From Oikopleura dioica (taxonomy: Eukaryota; Animalia; Chordata): a stretch of 64,000 bases of DNA. The translations under genes were made by a program, and so were the position numbers. The DNA is taken from contig OU015567.1 in the NCBI GenBank assembly GCA_907165135.1, forward strand, positions 2,480,001 through 2,544,000, read 5' to 3'. Below, piece by piece: positions 13,007 through 26,103 of this stretch (position 1 is its first letter; every line of letters begins with the position of its first letter). The notes under the pieces were generated by a model. That model was not told the DNA's origin. It ran no database searches and saw only the letters and a list, made by a program, of their open reading frames with translations.

Positions 13007-13358
13007 GCTTTCTTTTTATCATTTATAGACGATAAATTATAGTTTCTGAGCTAAGTTCCGAAGCTGTGAATTATTTTTTACTACTTTGATCTTTCGAGTG
13101 ATCTTTTGAAACCTTCTCTGTTACACATTTTTTTTGAAATTATGATTCTATAAAAAAAATTCCTGAAGTATAAGGTCAATAAATACGCTCTATCACAAGT
13201 ACCTGAAAGTAACTCAAAAGTGCTCTAAAAGGATTGTCCTCTAGAATTTGGCAAAAGCACCTAGTGATAAGATAAACTTTCGAGGAGGAGGCCACGAGTT
13301 TTACGTATCATTTTCTTGCGGTTTCAGTTTTATTCCATGACGATTCTTGTTTTCTCAG

Positions 13359-15349
13359 CTTTGAAAAAAAAACGGCTCTGAAAATTTTTCACTCCAAAAA
13401 CAGTGCAAAAAGGGCTGCTCGTGAAGGGAGAGCATCTTCTACTCTTCGATTGGCAAAAGTCATCGTCATCGGGTAAAAACTTATTAAAATCATTCTTGAT
13501 CAATTCTCGCTAGAAATCGCGAAAATATGCGATTACAACTCGTAACAATCGGATCATAATAAAGGGCTTTAGAGATGCTGGGGTCGGCAAAACGTCACTT
13601 GTGATGAGGTACACCCAGGATGTTTTTGACTTGGATTACAAGGAAAGGGTCTTGTTAGATTCTCTAAACAGATACGTAGTAAAATATTTTCTTAAAAGTT
13701 TTAACAGCTCATTTTGTATTTTCTCAACTTGAGCTTGAATGGGCTGTGTAGCTATAATTTAGCTCTTGAGGTAGAAAAAACACCTCAGTCTACCGACGAA
13801 CAACTGAATAAACAAGACCCTTGTGAGGCCACAATCGGAGTGGATTTCGAAGTGGAGAAGTTCGACATTTTGGGAATTCCCTTCACGTTGCAAATGTGGG
13901 ACACTGCCGGCTCCGAGCGATTTCAAGCAATTGCGGCGAGCTATTATCGAGGAGCGGCGGCGGTGGTGATTTGCTTTGACTACTCAAAAATCCAGGTTCA
14001 AATCGAAAATTTCTCTCGTCAAAATATTTGAGTCTAAGCTATTGCATACTTTGACGTACGTCAATCTCAAGTTGAAGATAAGCAAGAATACTTGAATAGC
14101 GATAATGTCAAGCTTTTTTCCATACAAAAGATACTTGGGGAAAACGTGAGGTCTTGTAGGAGTACCGTAACGTAAGCTTTGAATAAATAATAAATGATAA
14201 TCAAAAGAAGGCAGCAGGGAACTGATAAAATGTTAATTTATGGTCGGAACAAGCATAACAACGAAAGGGAACTTTTGATGAAAATCTTTCTTCTTTCCTT
14301 TTTCCCGCAATTTTTAATTCTCGTTTTCAGACTCTTCAAACCGTTAGAAAATGGCTCGACAACGCAATTTCCGAAAATCCAACTCAAAAGGTATCTAAAA
14401 ACTCGAAAATCTCTCCCTCACTCTATTTCGATGATTCTCTTAATTTTGAACTCAAATTACCTTCTTACCCACTCGAGGTGCTTTTGGTAAAAAATCACAG
14501 ATCACGAGAGAGTGCGGTAATTTTCTCCTCGTTGTCTTATACAGTTTTTTCCGCGTATTGCAAATTTTTATTCAATCATTTTCATTCTGCTCTAGTTTTG
14601 TTTATTCCTGGTCGGGACGAAGGCTGATTTGGTCTCAGGAAAGGTGTTCATAAAACCGCTTTTTGGATTGATGAAAACGTGTCATTAAAAGGTAAATATT
14701 TATTTCGGAGCTAGAAAAACGCAAGAATGAACATTCCAAAACAGCATCAGTCGCGAGAGAAATCGAAGTTGAAGCCACCAAGATCGCAAACAGCATGAAC
14801 GCAGAATACTGGAGCGTGAGTTCCAAACAAAACCAAAACGTGGCGGAGATGTTTGCTAGAATCGGCAGCGTTTGTTTCGATAAAGTTTTATCTAAAGAAG
14901 ACGGAATTTCAACGGTGAGTTTTCAAATCACCGATAGAGCAAATTGATGAACCAAATTTTTAGCCAAAGAAAACGACTATGAATATTGGACCAAAGAAGA
15001 TTTTAAGTAAGTTTTTTTTCGAGGAATGTCTGCCAGACACTGTCTGGTAGACAGTTATGTCTAAATTTGTCGTTCAATCTCAGAAAAAGATTTTTTTCGC
15101 TTATTTTCTAAAAAAGAACTCGTTTTCGAGAGAAAATGGTATCTTGAGATTACCATATGGTCCTTTGGAGTTCATTTTTGCGGGCAGATATAAAAATGAT
15201 AATACTTATCGAGCTCGAAATTGTACCCTGCCGAAACCGCCGCGTGTTCATTATCACGTGGATTTCCTTAGCTGCTAAAATATGTATTTCTAGTTGATGA
15301 AGATTTCAACCGCCGAACGAAAGAATCCAACTGCCCCTGCCAGACATAA
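13359..15349 (+). CDS. Rab34/Rab36-family small GTPase (start exon uncertain, upstream of 13359)
   Basis: Spliced KVIVIGDAGVGKTS, DYKATIGVDFEVEKF, WDTAGSERF, YYRGA, GTKAD and a C-terminal CPCQT* prenylation-type Cys motif. Intron 13643-13827 is GA-AG. Confidence 0.88.
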
Positions 15350-16461
15350 AATCCTTCATTGAATCGTTCTATTTCTCTTTATTTCTCATTTCTGAAATAT
15401 ATTTTGATAGTCAATTTACTGGACTCATTGATGTTAAAAGGTGTTAATATATGCAAATTTAATCATCTTTATCGAACACATTTGTTTTGAAAAAACAAGT
15501 TTAATTGGCCCCGTTGCGTAAATTCTTTTAAAAATCGTCACGATCCTTATTTTTTCTCCTGTTTTAACAAAAAATACCTTCAATGGTCTAATCCCGTCAA
15601 GATAAAATCCGGTTTCTATCCGACTGGGACGTCATTTTTCTAGATTAAATGAATGTACGACTTCCTTGAACAGCAATTTCATAAAATAAATCTCCCTCTA
15701 AATTTTCGGTTGCGTGTAGCGATCATAAATACGGTAAGGTTTGACGTAAAATTTGATCATGGATTGAGTTTGTAGAACCAACAGCTTATCGAAAAGGAAG
15801 TGCATGTGAAAGTCACCTCCATTTTATTTTCATTCAACAAGACACGTTTATTTTTGGGCTTGGAATCGAAGTAGATGATGTAATAAATGTGACAGTGGTG
15901 CAAACAAGATGTTTTTAGAAGCTGAAACAAATTAACTAAAAAAGACCTATTTGTCATGACAAAAGAGAAAACGATTATCGATGTTGACACCCTTAATCAT
16001 TCTCTAAAGAGAATAAATGACAGAAGGGGTATTAATTTACAAGAAACATGTAAAAAGTTACTCAATCTTATCTTTACCTGAAATACCCTTTCACGGTAAG
16101 ATAATGAAAAAATAAAAAAAATATCTTTTTGTTTTTTCTATTATCAAAATTTTTTTCTGAAAAACTAGAAAATCTTTTTTATAATTGCAAATTAAACAAG
16201 CATCATCAAAGCTGCGTCATCATTTTCGACCCAATTTATCTTTTATGAATGGCAATGCTTTCCTACAAAAGTGGTGGTCTCTCTGACTCCACCTGATTCA
16301 GCAAAAATTTGAGCGACGGTGAGCGCGTACTGATGATAAGCACCCGCCGCGCGCGGCTCTCGAACGCCACCGCGCAAAAAATACAGCGCGTATAAAAGTA
16401 ACGATTTTTCGACTATTTTACTTTCAAAAAATTTGCCTCTCATACTTTTGCAGAAAAAGAA

Positions 16462-19400
16462 ATGAGAGTCGCTGGTCTTGCCTTAGCCGGCTCGGCCGTG
16501 GGCTTGAAATTTCCAAAGCCCATTTACTACGACGATCCTGACTATACTTTTGATTTTCCAGAGACAGAAACAGAAAAGGCTGCTAATTGGACTCTAGAAG
16601 ACAGATGTGGTCAAGCAGCGATTGCTGGATCGGCCAATGATCAAAGAAACGACATCAACTGTCCGAATGTCATCGTCATCAATACCGACGACATGTCCTG
16701 GGCGGATGTGACCATCAACAATCCTTCGAAACTCGTCCCGACACCGAATATTGATAAACTCGTTTCGAAGGGAATTAACTTTCGCGACGGCCATTCCTGT
16801 ACTTCCCGATGCGCCCCATCCCGATACTGTCTCATGACTGGTCGGTACCACTTCCGCCGTGGTGACTATCATTACAAACCAATGAAGCTCGAGTATGGTC
16901 GAAAAATCCTCCCTCAGCTTTTCAAACGAAACAACTACCACACGATGGTTGTCGGAAAACCTCAGCCAGTCGAAGAAAAACTCGAGAGAAACGGCTGGTT
17001 CTTTGTCGAAGGAACACGATTCTGGGGCTACGACAAGTCGTTTACCTCTCGATCGTATTGCTGCCTCCCCGGAGGAGGGTACTTCGAAAATGACTACCCT
17101 CTTTCTCCATTCGATAAGTGGGCGATTTTCACTGAGTTCAGAGATGAAAATGAAGATTCTCTCTGGGTCCAGGACGAAGAAGCCGAGTGGGAGTTTTTCC
17201 GACAGCCAGAGAACTGGCACTTCCTCGATGGATACTACAAGGATGGTCAGGAAGAGAACGGCCGTATCCAAAACGCCTACAAGGCGTACTGGAGCGCAAT
17301 AGATCAAGGGCTCACCTCTGGCCTTAATGATGATGAACAGCCGTCGCGAAAACGCCGAAGACGATTCGCGAATGGCACCCTCGCCGTTCGAGACCACCGA
17401 AATCATCGAAGAAGAAGAAACGCAGAAAAAATCAACGAGGGTCAAAAGCCCCGAGAGCTCGGAAGAAAGAATTTCCTCCGATTCCGAAACGTAAAAAATG
17501 GAAAAGTCGTCACTGCAGAATACAAAATTAGCGAAAAAGCGAAGAAAACGATGAAAACTCTTGATCAAGAACGGGCAAATTACGAGTTTGCTGTGAACCA
17601 GATCATGTTTGACAGTCCTGAAGAAGCGAGAGAATACAAAGACCAAGTCCTTGCTGAGCTCGTTGCCAATGGCATGTCCACTACCGATCCTCTTTACAAA
17701 GACATGAAGCGAGCTGGACCAAAACGTACTCAAATCGGCTTCGACTCGAAAGAAATCATGTACACTTTCCACTCCAAAGCTCGAGAATACATCACCGAAT
17801 CCGTCTCTGAAATGAATCCAATCACTCCAGAAGGACAAATGAAAGAATCCAACCGACCATTCTTCATGTATCTTTCTTTCCGTGCCCCTCATCGTCCAAG
17901 TTCCCACAACTTGACTTTCGACGAAAACAATCCGATGGAATACTACCCTCACGCAGCCCAAGGAAAACAAGGAGAACAGTTCTGGCAATTCGACAAACTC
18001 GTTGGAAACGTGATGAAAACTCTTCATGATATGGAAGTTGCTGATAACACGCTGATCTTCTTCACTTCTGATAACGGACCAGATCAAGGAGCATTCAATC
18101 TTCTCAACCGATTCGGCCATGTTCGAATGGGAACTCTTCGTGGCAAGAAGGCTTCTGTCTATGAAGGCGGACATCGAGTCCCGTTCCTTTCCTGGTGGCC
18201 ACTTGGAACTCATCGATCTCTTTGGGGTACCAACTATGACCTACCTGTCAGCCAGATCGATCTCTTCGCTACTTTCGCCGACATCATGAACTACCCACTA
18301 CCTGGTGGCGACAAGTGCACCTACGCATACACCGAGGAAACCGCTACTGAAGAGCAAATGAAGCGAATTGGCCGACCAAAGCGACTTTCAAGTGAAACTC
18401 CTTGGCGATACAACCGACGAGTGAGCACTCAAATCGTTGATGGAAAATACGTCGGGCCAGATACTGGCTACTCCGCGGAAATCCAACATAATGGCTTGAC
18501 CGGTTATTTGGAGGAGAAACAAAACTTTGGCTATCGAACTTCCGAGACTTGGCTTACCATGGAATCCGGAACCGGATTTCTCGTTGGTTGGGACGGATGC
18601 ATGGCTGAAGATTCTCAGTCCTTCGCCGCTGCTTTCCGAGCAACTCGAGTTCGAACAACGACCAATGAGAATGGCGAGAAAGTGCATCATTTCATGAACG
18701 ACCAGCAAGAGATGCCCGCCAAGATCTTCGCTGGTAAACTTGGTGATCTTTCACTTCGATTCGGAAGATACAAATTCGTTCGATTCAACGCGCCGAAAGA
18801 TCTGAGAACTGGTATCACAAGACAACACGGAATGATCCCCAACGAAGGTGATGCCTGGCACGCAGCTGAGGGTACTGATGCTCAGTGTCTATACAATGCT
18901 GATGGAAGTAAAATCAACCCGTCTTGCACGGTCGAAGCGGAATGCCGAGAGCACACGACGTGGGGCAGCACTTTCTGCATGAGAGATCATTACTACCAGC
19001 TCTGGGATTTGGAAGAAAACTTTGGCGAAAAGACATTCTGCCATGATGACCGTCCAGATCGAACGAATCCAAATATGGAAATCGAAGCCGCCATCTTGGG
19101 TGGAATTCAAGAGCGAAAGTTTCAAGTTGGAAGTGAAGAAAAAGAGCCCGAAAAGCCAACGGATCCTTTCGGCATTGGACTTGGCGTTGAATCGACTCCA
19201 GCTGGACGAGACTTGAACGACTGCTGTATTCTGAACTTGGATGAGAGACAGAAATTCATGCAAGCAATTGTGATGATTGGCAACAATGGCAAGCCAAGAT
19301 GGAATTGTGCTACAGCAAAGATCAAGATGTACGGTGTAGAGATGGACGGAGGAGATTGCAAAGAAATTCCAGCCTATGTGCCTGGCGCGACCCGATTTGG

Positions 19401-20756
19401 ACTTCGTAAGACTCGTTTTATTTTCTCTTGTTTTTAAAGTCTAGAACAAATAAGCTTAATTTCCATTTCTAGAGGACGGATCTTGGGAAGGACAGCAAAG
19501 CTACTTTGACCGTGTCCAGCGTCGAATGCTGGGAACCCCGACTCGGCCTCAACTCAACTATGCGGAAGACTACGGTTGGACTCCGGAAATTTACTTCAAA
19601 TGGCCAAAGGAAGGAGAATGGACACCCGGATACGGCTGTTCAAACATGCTTCCCGGCTTGATGAAAGGAACGGATAGACAAGTTAATCGACTGATTTGGG
19701 ACGAAAACTTGGAAGGAGAAGACAAATGGCGAACCATCACTCATGCTGATCGACTTTGCTACAAAGGCAAGGATGGTACCAACTGGAGCGATGAAGAACT
19801 TGAGGGTGATGTTTTGGACAATTTTACTCTTGGCTGCAAGGTTCCAGCTCATAATGGTCCTCTTGGTGAAGGACAGGGTTCTAATTTGCTTTTTTAAGTG
19901 ATCATTCAATTAATTGGATTTATATTCGTATTTATTAATTGTCCAAAAAAAACGATTCTGAACCCGCTATCAGGATTTGAAGGAAACTCAAAATACCACT
20001 CTGACACTCCATCCCGCCATAAACCGCACGTCGCCGACGGAGATCTCGACCCAGACAACTTCGGAAAATGGTTTGACTTCGCAAACTGCCTCAAATCAGT
20101 TTTGAACATCATCGAGGGTCAAGCCTTCTTCCCAGAGGCCAAGAATGTCAAGAGCTGGAACGGCAAAATTGGATACAGTCAAGATCTCAAGTGGGATGAA
20201 AAGCCACACGCTGATGATGGAACTGAGGAAGGAAATGAATCATCTAAGGATGTCGTTCTCTCGGGCCAGGCGATTGGAGCATCAAAGCTTGCTTCGGTAA
20301 GAGAACAAATCTCAACGCATGAAGTAACTTTCTTTTTCTTTCAGGCTCGACAACAAGCTCTCCTTCAAAACGTCATGAATGCATCTGAAGCCGAGTCACT
20401 GCGATACCACGGCGCTGGAAGTCGCTTTATCGAGCCAACAAGTGGTGTCGGATCACTCGTCTCTCGATGCGCTGCTTTCTTGCCCGATGATGAGGAGAAA
20501 CCTTACAACATCAAGGTAGATTACTTTTAAAAATTTTCAAACCTTTGATCGACAATTTAAGCCCGAGTATGACATGGAAATGAACCTGATGGGCTATTAT
20601 AATACCAACGACAACACCGGCGGAAGCAATCAAAAGACAGAGCATAAGCTCGTCTTCACTGGTGAAGTCGACGGAAAGAAAACCTACAGAGATGATCGAC
20701 CAGTAATGAAGTACTACAGCGAGCCATTCTTGAAGGCATTTGAGCCAAACTACTAA
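16462..20756 (+). CDS. Large secreted Cys-type sulfatase (arylsulfatase-like) with an insertion and a long Cys-containing C-terminal extension, ~1340 aa
   Basis: INTDD, PTPNIDKL, CAPSRYCLMTGRY, APH, FFTSDNGP and LRGKKASVYEGGHRVP motifs. Exons 16462-19405, 19473-~19875, ~19974-20297, 20344-20515, ~20562-20756. Confidence 0.9.
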
Positions 20757-21223
20757 AGCCCAAAAAAATTCTTCCTGTACAGATGATAAAAAATGTATGC
20801 AAGTGTAAATAAACAAACTTATAAAAATAGGTTTTCCTCCTTGATTTCAAATTTCATCAAAACTCATTTTTAAGCGCTTGAAATATTTTTCTTTCTTTTT
20901 ATTCGAGTATGAGTAAAAAAAACTTCGGATAATTGAAAAATAGGTTAGTTACATGTGAGAGTTGAATGTAGAGAAATTCGTTATCATCGTCAGGATAAAA
21001 CTTGTAAACTTTTGCTTACTTTTAGTAAAATCAACGTATGTAGACTTTCCCGAGATTTTCTAGCGGTGCCGTAGAGACACTTCGGGCATCGATGAGAATT
21101 TTGCATTCTCCATCGCAAACATGGAAGAGTATTCCTTCCTGAATTGGAAACGCTGGGCAACCTGAAGAATTTTGCATGATTCTCACTCGATCCCCAATCG
21201 ATGGTTCTTTTTCAAGATCAATT

Positions 21224-22412
21224 TTACCTTTTCGTTGGTAAATAATTTATATAAAATAAATATTTCATATCTTTTAAATCTTTTCCTGAAAATTGCAACT
21301 CACTTGGTTTCATTTCTTTATTGAGCAGATTATTCTTATTAATTGTCCCTCCTTCATCAGGCATAACAACTGCGACTCTATATGACGACAGGTTGTTTTC
21401 TCTCTCTTTGATTTTGTTTATAATCAGCTTTTCGTTTGAAATTAATTGTGTTGCATACAATTGTTCTTCTTCTTTCCGCTCAATCTCAATATTTTTGAAG
21501 AGTAGATTTCTATCAAACTTTGAAGTCTTTTTTCCAAGATTGTCAAGAAGCTTTTGAATGCTCAATTTTAACATCGGAGATGGCGGTTTTCGACTATGAA
21601 AATTTTCGCCGGCGGTTTCATCAATTTGTTGCTCAAGTTGGGAAATTTTGTCAGCCTGATCCTTTATGAGTTGATTCAATTCATAAACATCTTTTTGAAG
21701 GATTCGAAAACAGGTTTAATATCATAATGCAGCTCTACTAAAACAATCCTTTTTGGCTTTTCCAGGCGTTATGCTTCAGTTCAAGAAAATCATCCAGTTC
21801 AACCAATTCGTTGATTTTCTCTTCGAAGCAATTTATTCTTCCATCAATATTCTCATATTGTATCTCCAGCATTTCATGAATCGATGAGATTTTACTCTGG
21901 ATATCTTCACCAAATAGCGAAATTTTTTTGTCGAACTTACTTCTGTTGGCGATGATTTTCCTCTGACAGCTCATGAAAAGTTGATTTGTGTCATTTATAT
22001 ATTGTCTGATTTCCGATTCAATCTTCCCTTGCCGTTCTTCGATCTGATCAACTCGCTTCGACAAATTCCCATATGAATTCTCAATGTTTTTACAGACAAC
22101 TTCCACATAGGAATTGACATATTCTTTGATATCCTCAGGAATATCAGGCAGAGGACTAATAACTCCTGACGGATATTCCATTTTTGGTGAAGGAATCGTC
22201 GATTCTGAAGGAGTTGACATAATGCCATTAGGGACTTGTCCGGGAAGGTCTGCAGGCGGCGGACTTTTATTTATTTCTCTTTTTATTTGGCTCATATCTA
22301 GGAGCTTAAAAACTTTCTTCTTAATTGCCCGATGGTCTTCTGACTTCCAATAATACAATAGCGAGTCTTTTGAAAATCTGACGATAAAAAACGCCTTTTG
22401 AAAAACGCTCAT
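21224..22412 (-). pseudogene. Two adjacent intronless coiled-coil-rich ORFs (224 and 151 aa), probably one frameshifted or decayed gene of unknown origin
   Basis: ORF track 21738-22412 and 21224-21679. Pro/Ser-rich patch followed by heptad-like K/E/I/L sequence, AT-rich codons, no splice-compatible junction found. Confidence 0.45.
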
Positions 22413-22833
22413 CCATTCAGAATCATAAACACATGGCCAACTTATCCTTTCTTTTCTCAGTTTTCCTTTCGATCGTAAAACAGGAGGTATTACGGCGAAA
22501 AAGCAAGAGAGCTGGCCGCAAAAATGTCTGGAACGTAACCAACCATGGAACTAAAATTAGCGACTTTGCGCTTTAGAAGATTGCAGTTTCGAATACCCCA
22601 GATTCTTATCTCTTCTAGAGCTCGGGAGAAAAAAGATAATTATCAAAATCTTAAGAATTCATAGATTCAAAGTCAATTATTAATAATTTTTATAATTACA
22701 AAATCAAAAGCAAGATAAAGTTTATTTTGCGTCGACCTTGGTCGGCCCCTCTTAATTTTGCAAATTTATTGAATTTGTCAAACATCCGAGTGAATACTTG
22801 GTCGAACCGTTGCTAGATCGGAGGTGATTATTT

Positions 22834-23433
22834 ATGGAACATGAAGTTTATCCTCAATCGTTTAAGAAAAAACGGGTTGATAAGGACAAGATAATTTTGT
22901 TCCGAGCCAACGAGGGTGAACTCTTAGATGGGTTTACTGAGTTTCTGGGCCAATAAAAAAGACCTGATAAGGAAAGCCTGATATGTAGTCGACCAGCTTT
23001 TTATGAAGATAAGAAAGATACAGAATGCCCCCTGAAATTCAAGAAAATCGAATTTTTAGAATTTCTAAATGATCAATTAAAAAAAAGATTACACCGTTCG
23101 CTTTTTATTTTTAAGAAAACAAGGAATTCTAATCGACGATTTGTAATTCTAACATGTTATCCACCTTTTACAAGTCGCGCTAAAATTTTATTATCTTGTA
23201 AAATTTGTCAAATTAGCACTTTCTTAGAAGAAGAATTAAAACGGGCCGAACTTGTTCAACCTTATTTGGGTGCGTTCTATTTTGGTAATGTTTTGCCGCT
23301 CGAAAACGCTAGAATTGAGGGGATTACTCTATTTATAGGAAAAGTTTATAATAAATTGAGGCTGAAAATAGGAGCGATGTTGTTTGATTGCAAATCAAAT
23401 CGCCTGCTTGATTGCTCGATGTTTCTTTTGTAG
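22834..23433 (+). pseudogene. 200-codon intronless reading frame interrupted by one TAA
   Basis: ATG 22834 (MEHEVYPQSFKKKR...), TAA at 22954-22956, then the same frame stays open to TAG 23433 (...LLSCKICQISTFLEEELKRAELVQPYLGAFYFG...). Not in the ORF track. Confidence 0.5.
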
Positions 23434-24247
23434 AACATTACGAGTTTTGTAAAGACAGTGTTTTCAAAATAGAGTCGGAGGGTTTCGAGTCTCTGAGCAT
23501 AAACGGGCGATTGAATAATTGATATAATTTATAAGATTTTAGAAATAAGTACTGATGAAAGAAGGGGGTTGCCCTTGACGAAATTAGCGACACCGTGTGA
23601 GCGCATTTCGCTTTTTCATGCAAGGTGGAGGACCCCGCCTGCTGGAAGACTTCCTCTGTATAGGAAGAAATCTCTTCTAACTGAAATCTTTCATTTCTGA
23701 ATTATTTTTCTTGGGGAAATATCTGACTAAAAGGTTTTTTCAAAGTTGAAAGAAATAAGGAAATGAAATTCAGCGAATAATAAAAACGCACTAGCTTTAC
23801 TAGATTAATTAAACATGAGCGCTCTCGCCGCCTCTGATAAGCGCTTGTTCTTTTTTTGTTTTACTCATTTTTTCAATGTTACGCAACCGCAAAGATATGA
23901 TACTCTAACCAGGTGAATTTCAACCACTTGAGAGCGGTGAACATGAAAAGTGTGCCATTTTCTATCTCTCTCAACGAATATCCAGTTCAAAAATGAAACG
24001 ACTTTTTCAAGTTCCACACTTCCAAACTGCATTTTTTTCTAACGACTCCGAGTCGCGAAAACGGCCTTTTTGAACACTTTGAAACGAAAACAGAAAGCCT
24101 TTTGTAAGTCGACTAAGAAAAATAATGACTGATTCATTTAAGGGTCAGCTTAATTTCTTAAAAAGTCAAGAGGCGGAGCCTTAATACAAGTGGGTTTGAT
24201 TCTTCTATGAAATGACTCATATGCACTCTTGAAAATTTTTCTTGGGT

Positions 24248-24340
24248 TTTGAATTTTTTGAAATTTTTGAAAATTTTTGAAAATTTTTGAAATTTTTGAA
24301 ATTTTTGAAATATTTTGAATTTTTTTGAATTTTTTGAAAT
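24248..24340. repeat. Imperfect 9-10 bp tandem repeat (tgaaattttt)
   Basis: About 9 consecutive gaaatttt(t)-like units. Confidence 0.8.
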
Positions 24341-25174
24341 TTCGCTTGCTTTTTGCCAACTGATGAGTTCTTTTCTTCAAAAATTGAATTACCATTAAAA
24401 CAATTATTTCTCAAAAGACGACATCTTTTTTGTTTCCTAAAAGAATTATCATATGTTTCATTTTCTCCAAAACATTGTCCAGCTAAGAACCAAAACACTC
24501 AAGAAACCGCATTTTTCGTTTTTACGAGAAACAACGTATTCTCCTTTTTTTCGCTGAGGATGACAGAGAAAATGAGATAGAGAGCGAGTTGTTTGATAAG
24601 ATAACCCGTGCGGCCTTGAGAGGACCCTATCACATTTCGGAAATGCGTTCTCCTTGGCCGCTTTGGCCACATGCAGGCTTTGGCATCATCCCACTTGATT
24701 TGAGATTAAGCTGCTGTATTAAACACGTGGCAAGGGTTTTATATATAATACAAATGTGATATAAAATTCGAAAGTCGGTTTTAGCTTAAATCGAAGGAAA
24801 ATATCGATAAAATACAAGCTTAATCATCATTGAGCTTCAAGAATTATAGAAAAAACCGGTCAAGACTGACAAGGCTGGGTCACTTTCAGGGTTGGTCTTT
24901 CGATTTCGCTTTTTGTTTGTATGATGCTTATTCTGACCCAAATAAAGAACTTTTCGCGGAAAAGTAATAAAAAAAAATTTTCATCCCTCATTTTTGAAAA
25001 AAAATATGTCGAAGAACCGGTTTTTCTAGAATAACACCTGAAGACACTCACAGTACACGTGATCTTACTGTATCATCTTAAAAAACTCGTTTCCCCGGGA
25101 AATGACAGGTATTTTGAATGCCCGACTACAGCAAAATTGAGCAAAATACGACCCAAATTTCGCGATTTTCTTAA

Positions 25175-26103
25175 GGGATCCCCCCCCGATTTCGCCAACT
25201 TTGACCTCTATCTACTTTTTTTTGAGCTTATGTTTTCATGAGCACGAATGAGCATGCTCACATGTGCTCATGCTCACGAAAATTCGAGCACCCCCGTGCT
25301 CACGCGTGCTCATGCTCACGAAAATATGAGGATCACGTGCTCACGCGTGCTCATGCTCACTGAAATTCGAGCAGCCCCGTGCTCACGCGTGCTCATGCTC
25401 ACTGAAATTTGAGCACCCACGTGCTCACGCGTGCTCGTGCTCACGCAAAATTTTCAGATTTCAAACCCTGGTAGGAGGCTGGTTTTGGGCGCATTAGAAA
25501 GCCCGCATCGAAATGAGCAAATTCTGGTAGAATCAGCTTGCTAGCAAAAGATTCGCTTATGCATTACAGGCCGTCAAAGTGATTAACATTTTGAAAAATG
25601 GCCATTTTAGGTCATTTTCAAATCGTATCTACTTTTTTTTGGCCTTTTTAATTACAGATCTTTTAGCTGGAGAAGCAAGTTTGGACCCTAAACTTATTAT
25701 TCTGGTAGAACCAGCATAATCTGATGAGCGAAACAAAATTTAGATAGTTGTAATACTTTTTGAAGCGATTTTCGGCATTTTTTGGTATTCAATTGCTCTT
25801 CAGCGCCAGCAAATGGCCAAAAATTCTAATGCGGTTCTTATATTCTTAATCTACAGATTCTAAGCTTTCGATAGACCCCTTATTTGTCCTCTTTTAATGA
25901 CATTGAAAAATCGAAAAAATTAACGATTTTTACGCTAAGTACAATTTACATGCATTTTCCCGAACTTTGCAAGGCGAAATTTTGGGGATGCATTCATGTA
26001 AAAGAGTAGTATAATATATCAAAATGATCCTTAGAACACGAGGAATCTAATTATAGGCGATAATGATCCGCGCAAAAGGTTTGAAAAATCGGGGGGTGAT
26101 CCC
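25175..26103. mobile_element. TTAA-flanked non-autonomous DNA element with GG...CC termini (Kolobok-like by terminal signature)
   Basis: ttaa|gggatccccccccgattt ... aaatcggggggtgatccc|ttaa: ~18-bp TIR with TTAA on both sides. Confidence 0.65.
25255..25446. repeat. 41-42 bp minisatellite (~4.5 copies) rich in gtgctcac/gagcac
   Basis: gtgctcacgcgtgctc recurs at 25296, 25337, 25379 and 25421. Confidence 0.85.

Noticed and set aside
16594-18213. 539-aa minus-strand ORF
   Set aside because: It lies entirely antisense to the sulfatase exon with no recognisable motifs, so it is a shadow of the sense-strand codon bias.
25721-25740. ctgatgagcgaaac hammerhead-like core
   Set aside because: No flanking stems I or III and no Penelope context.
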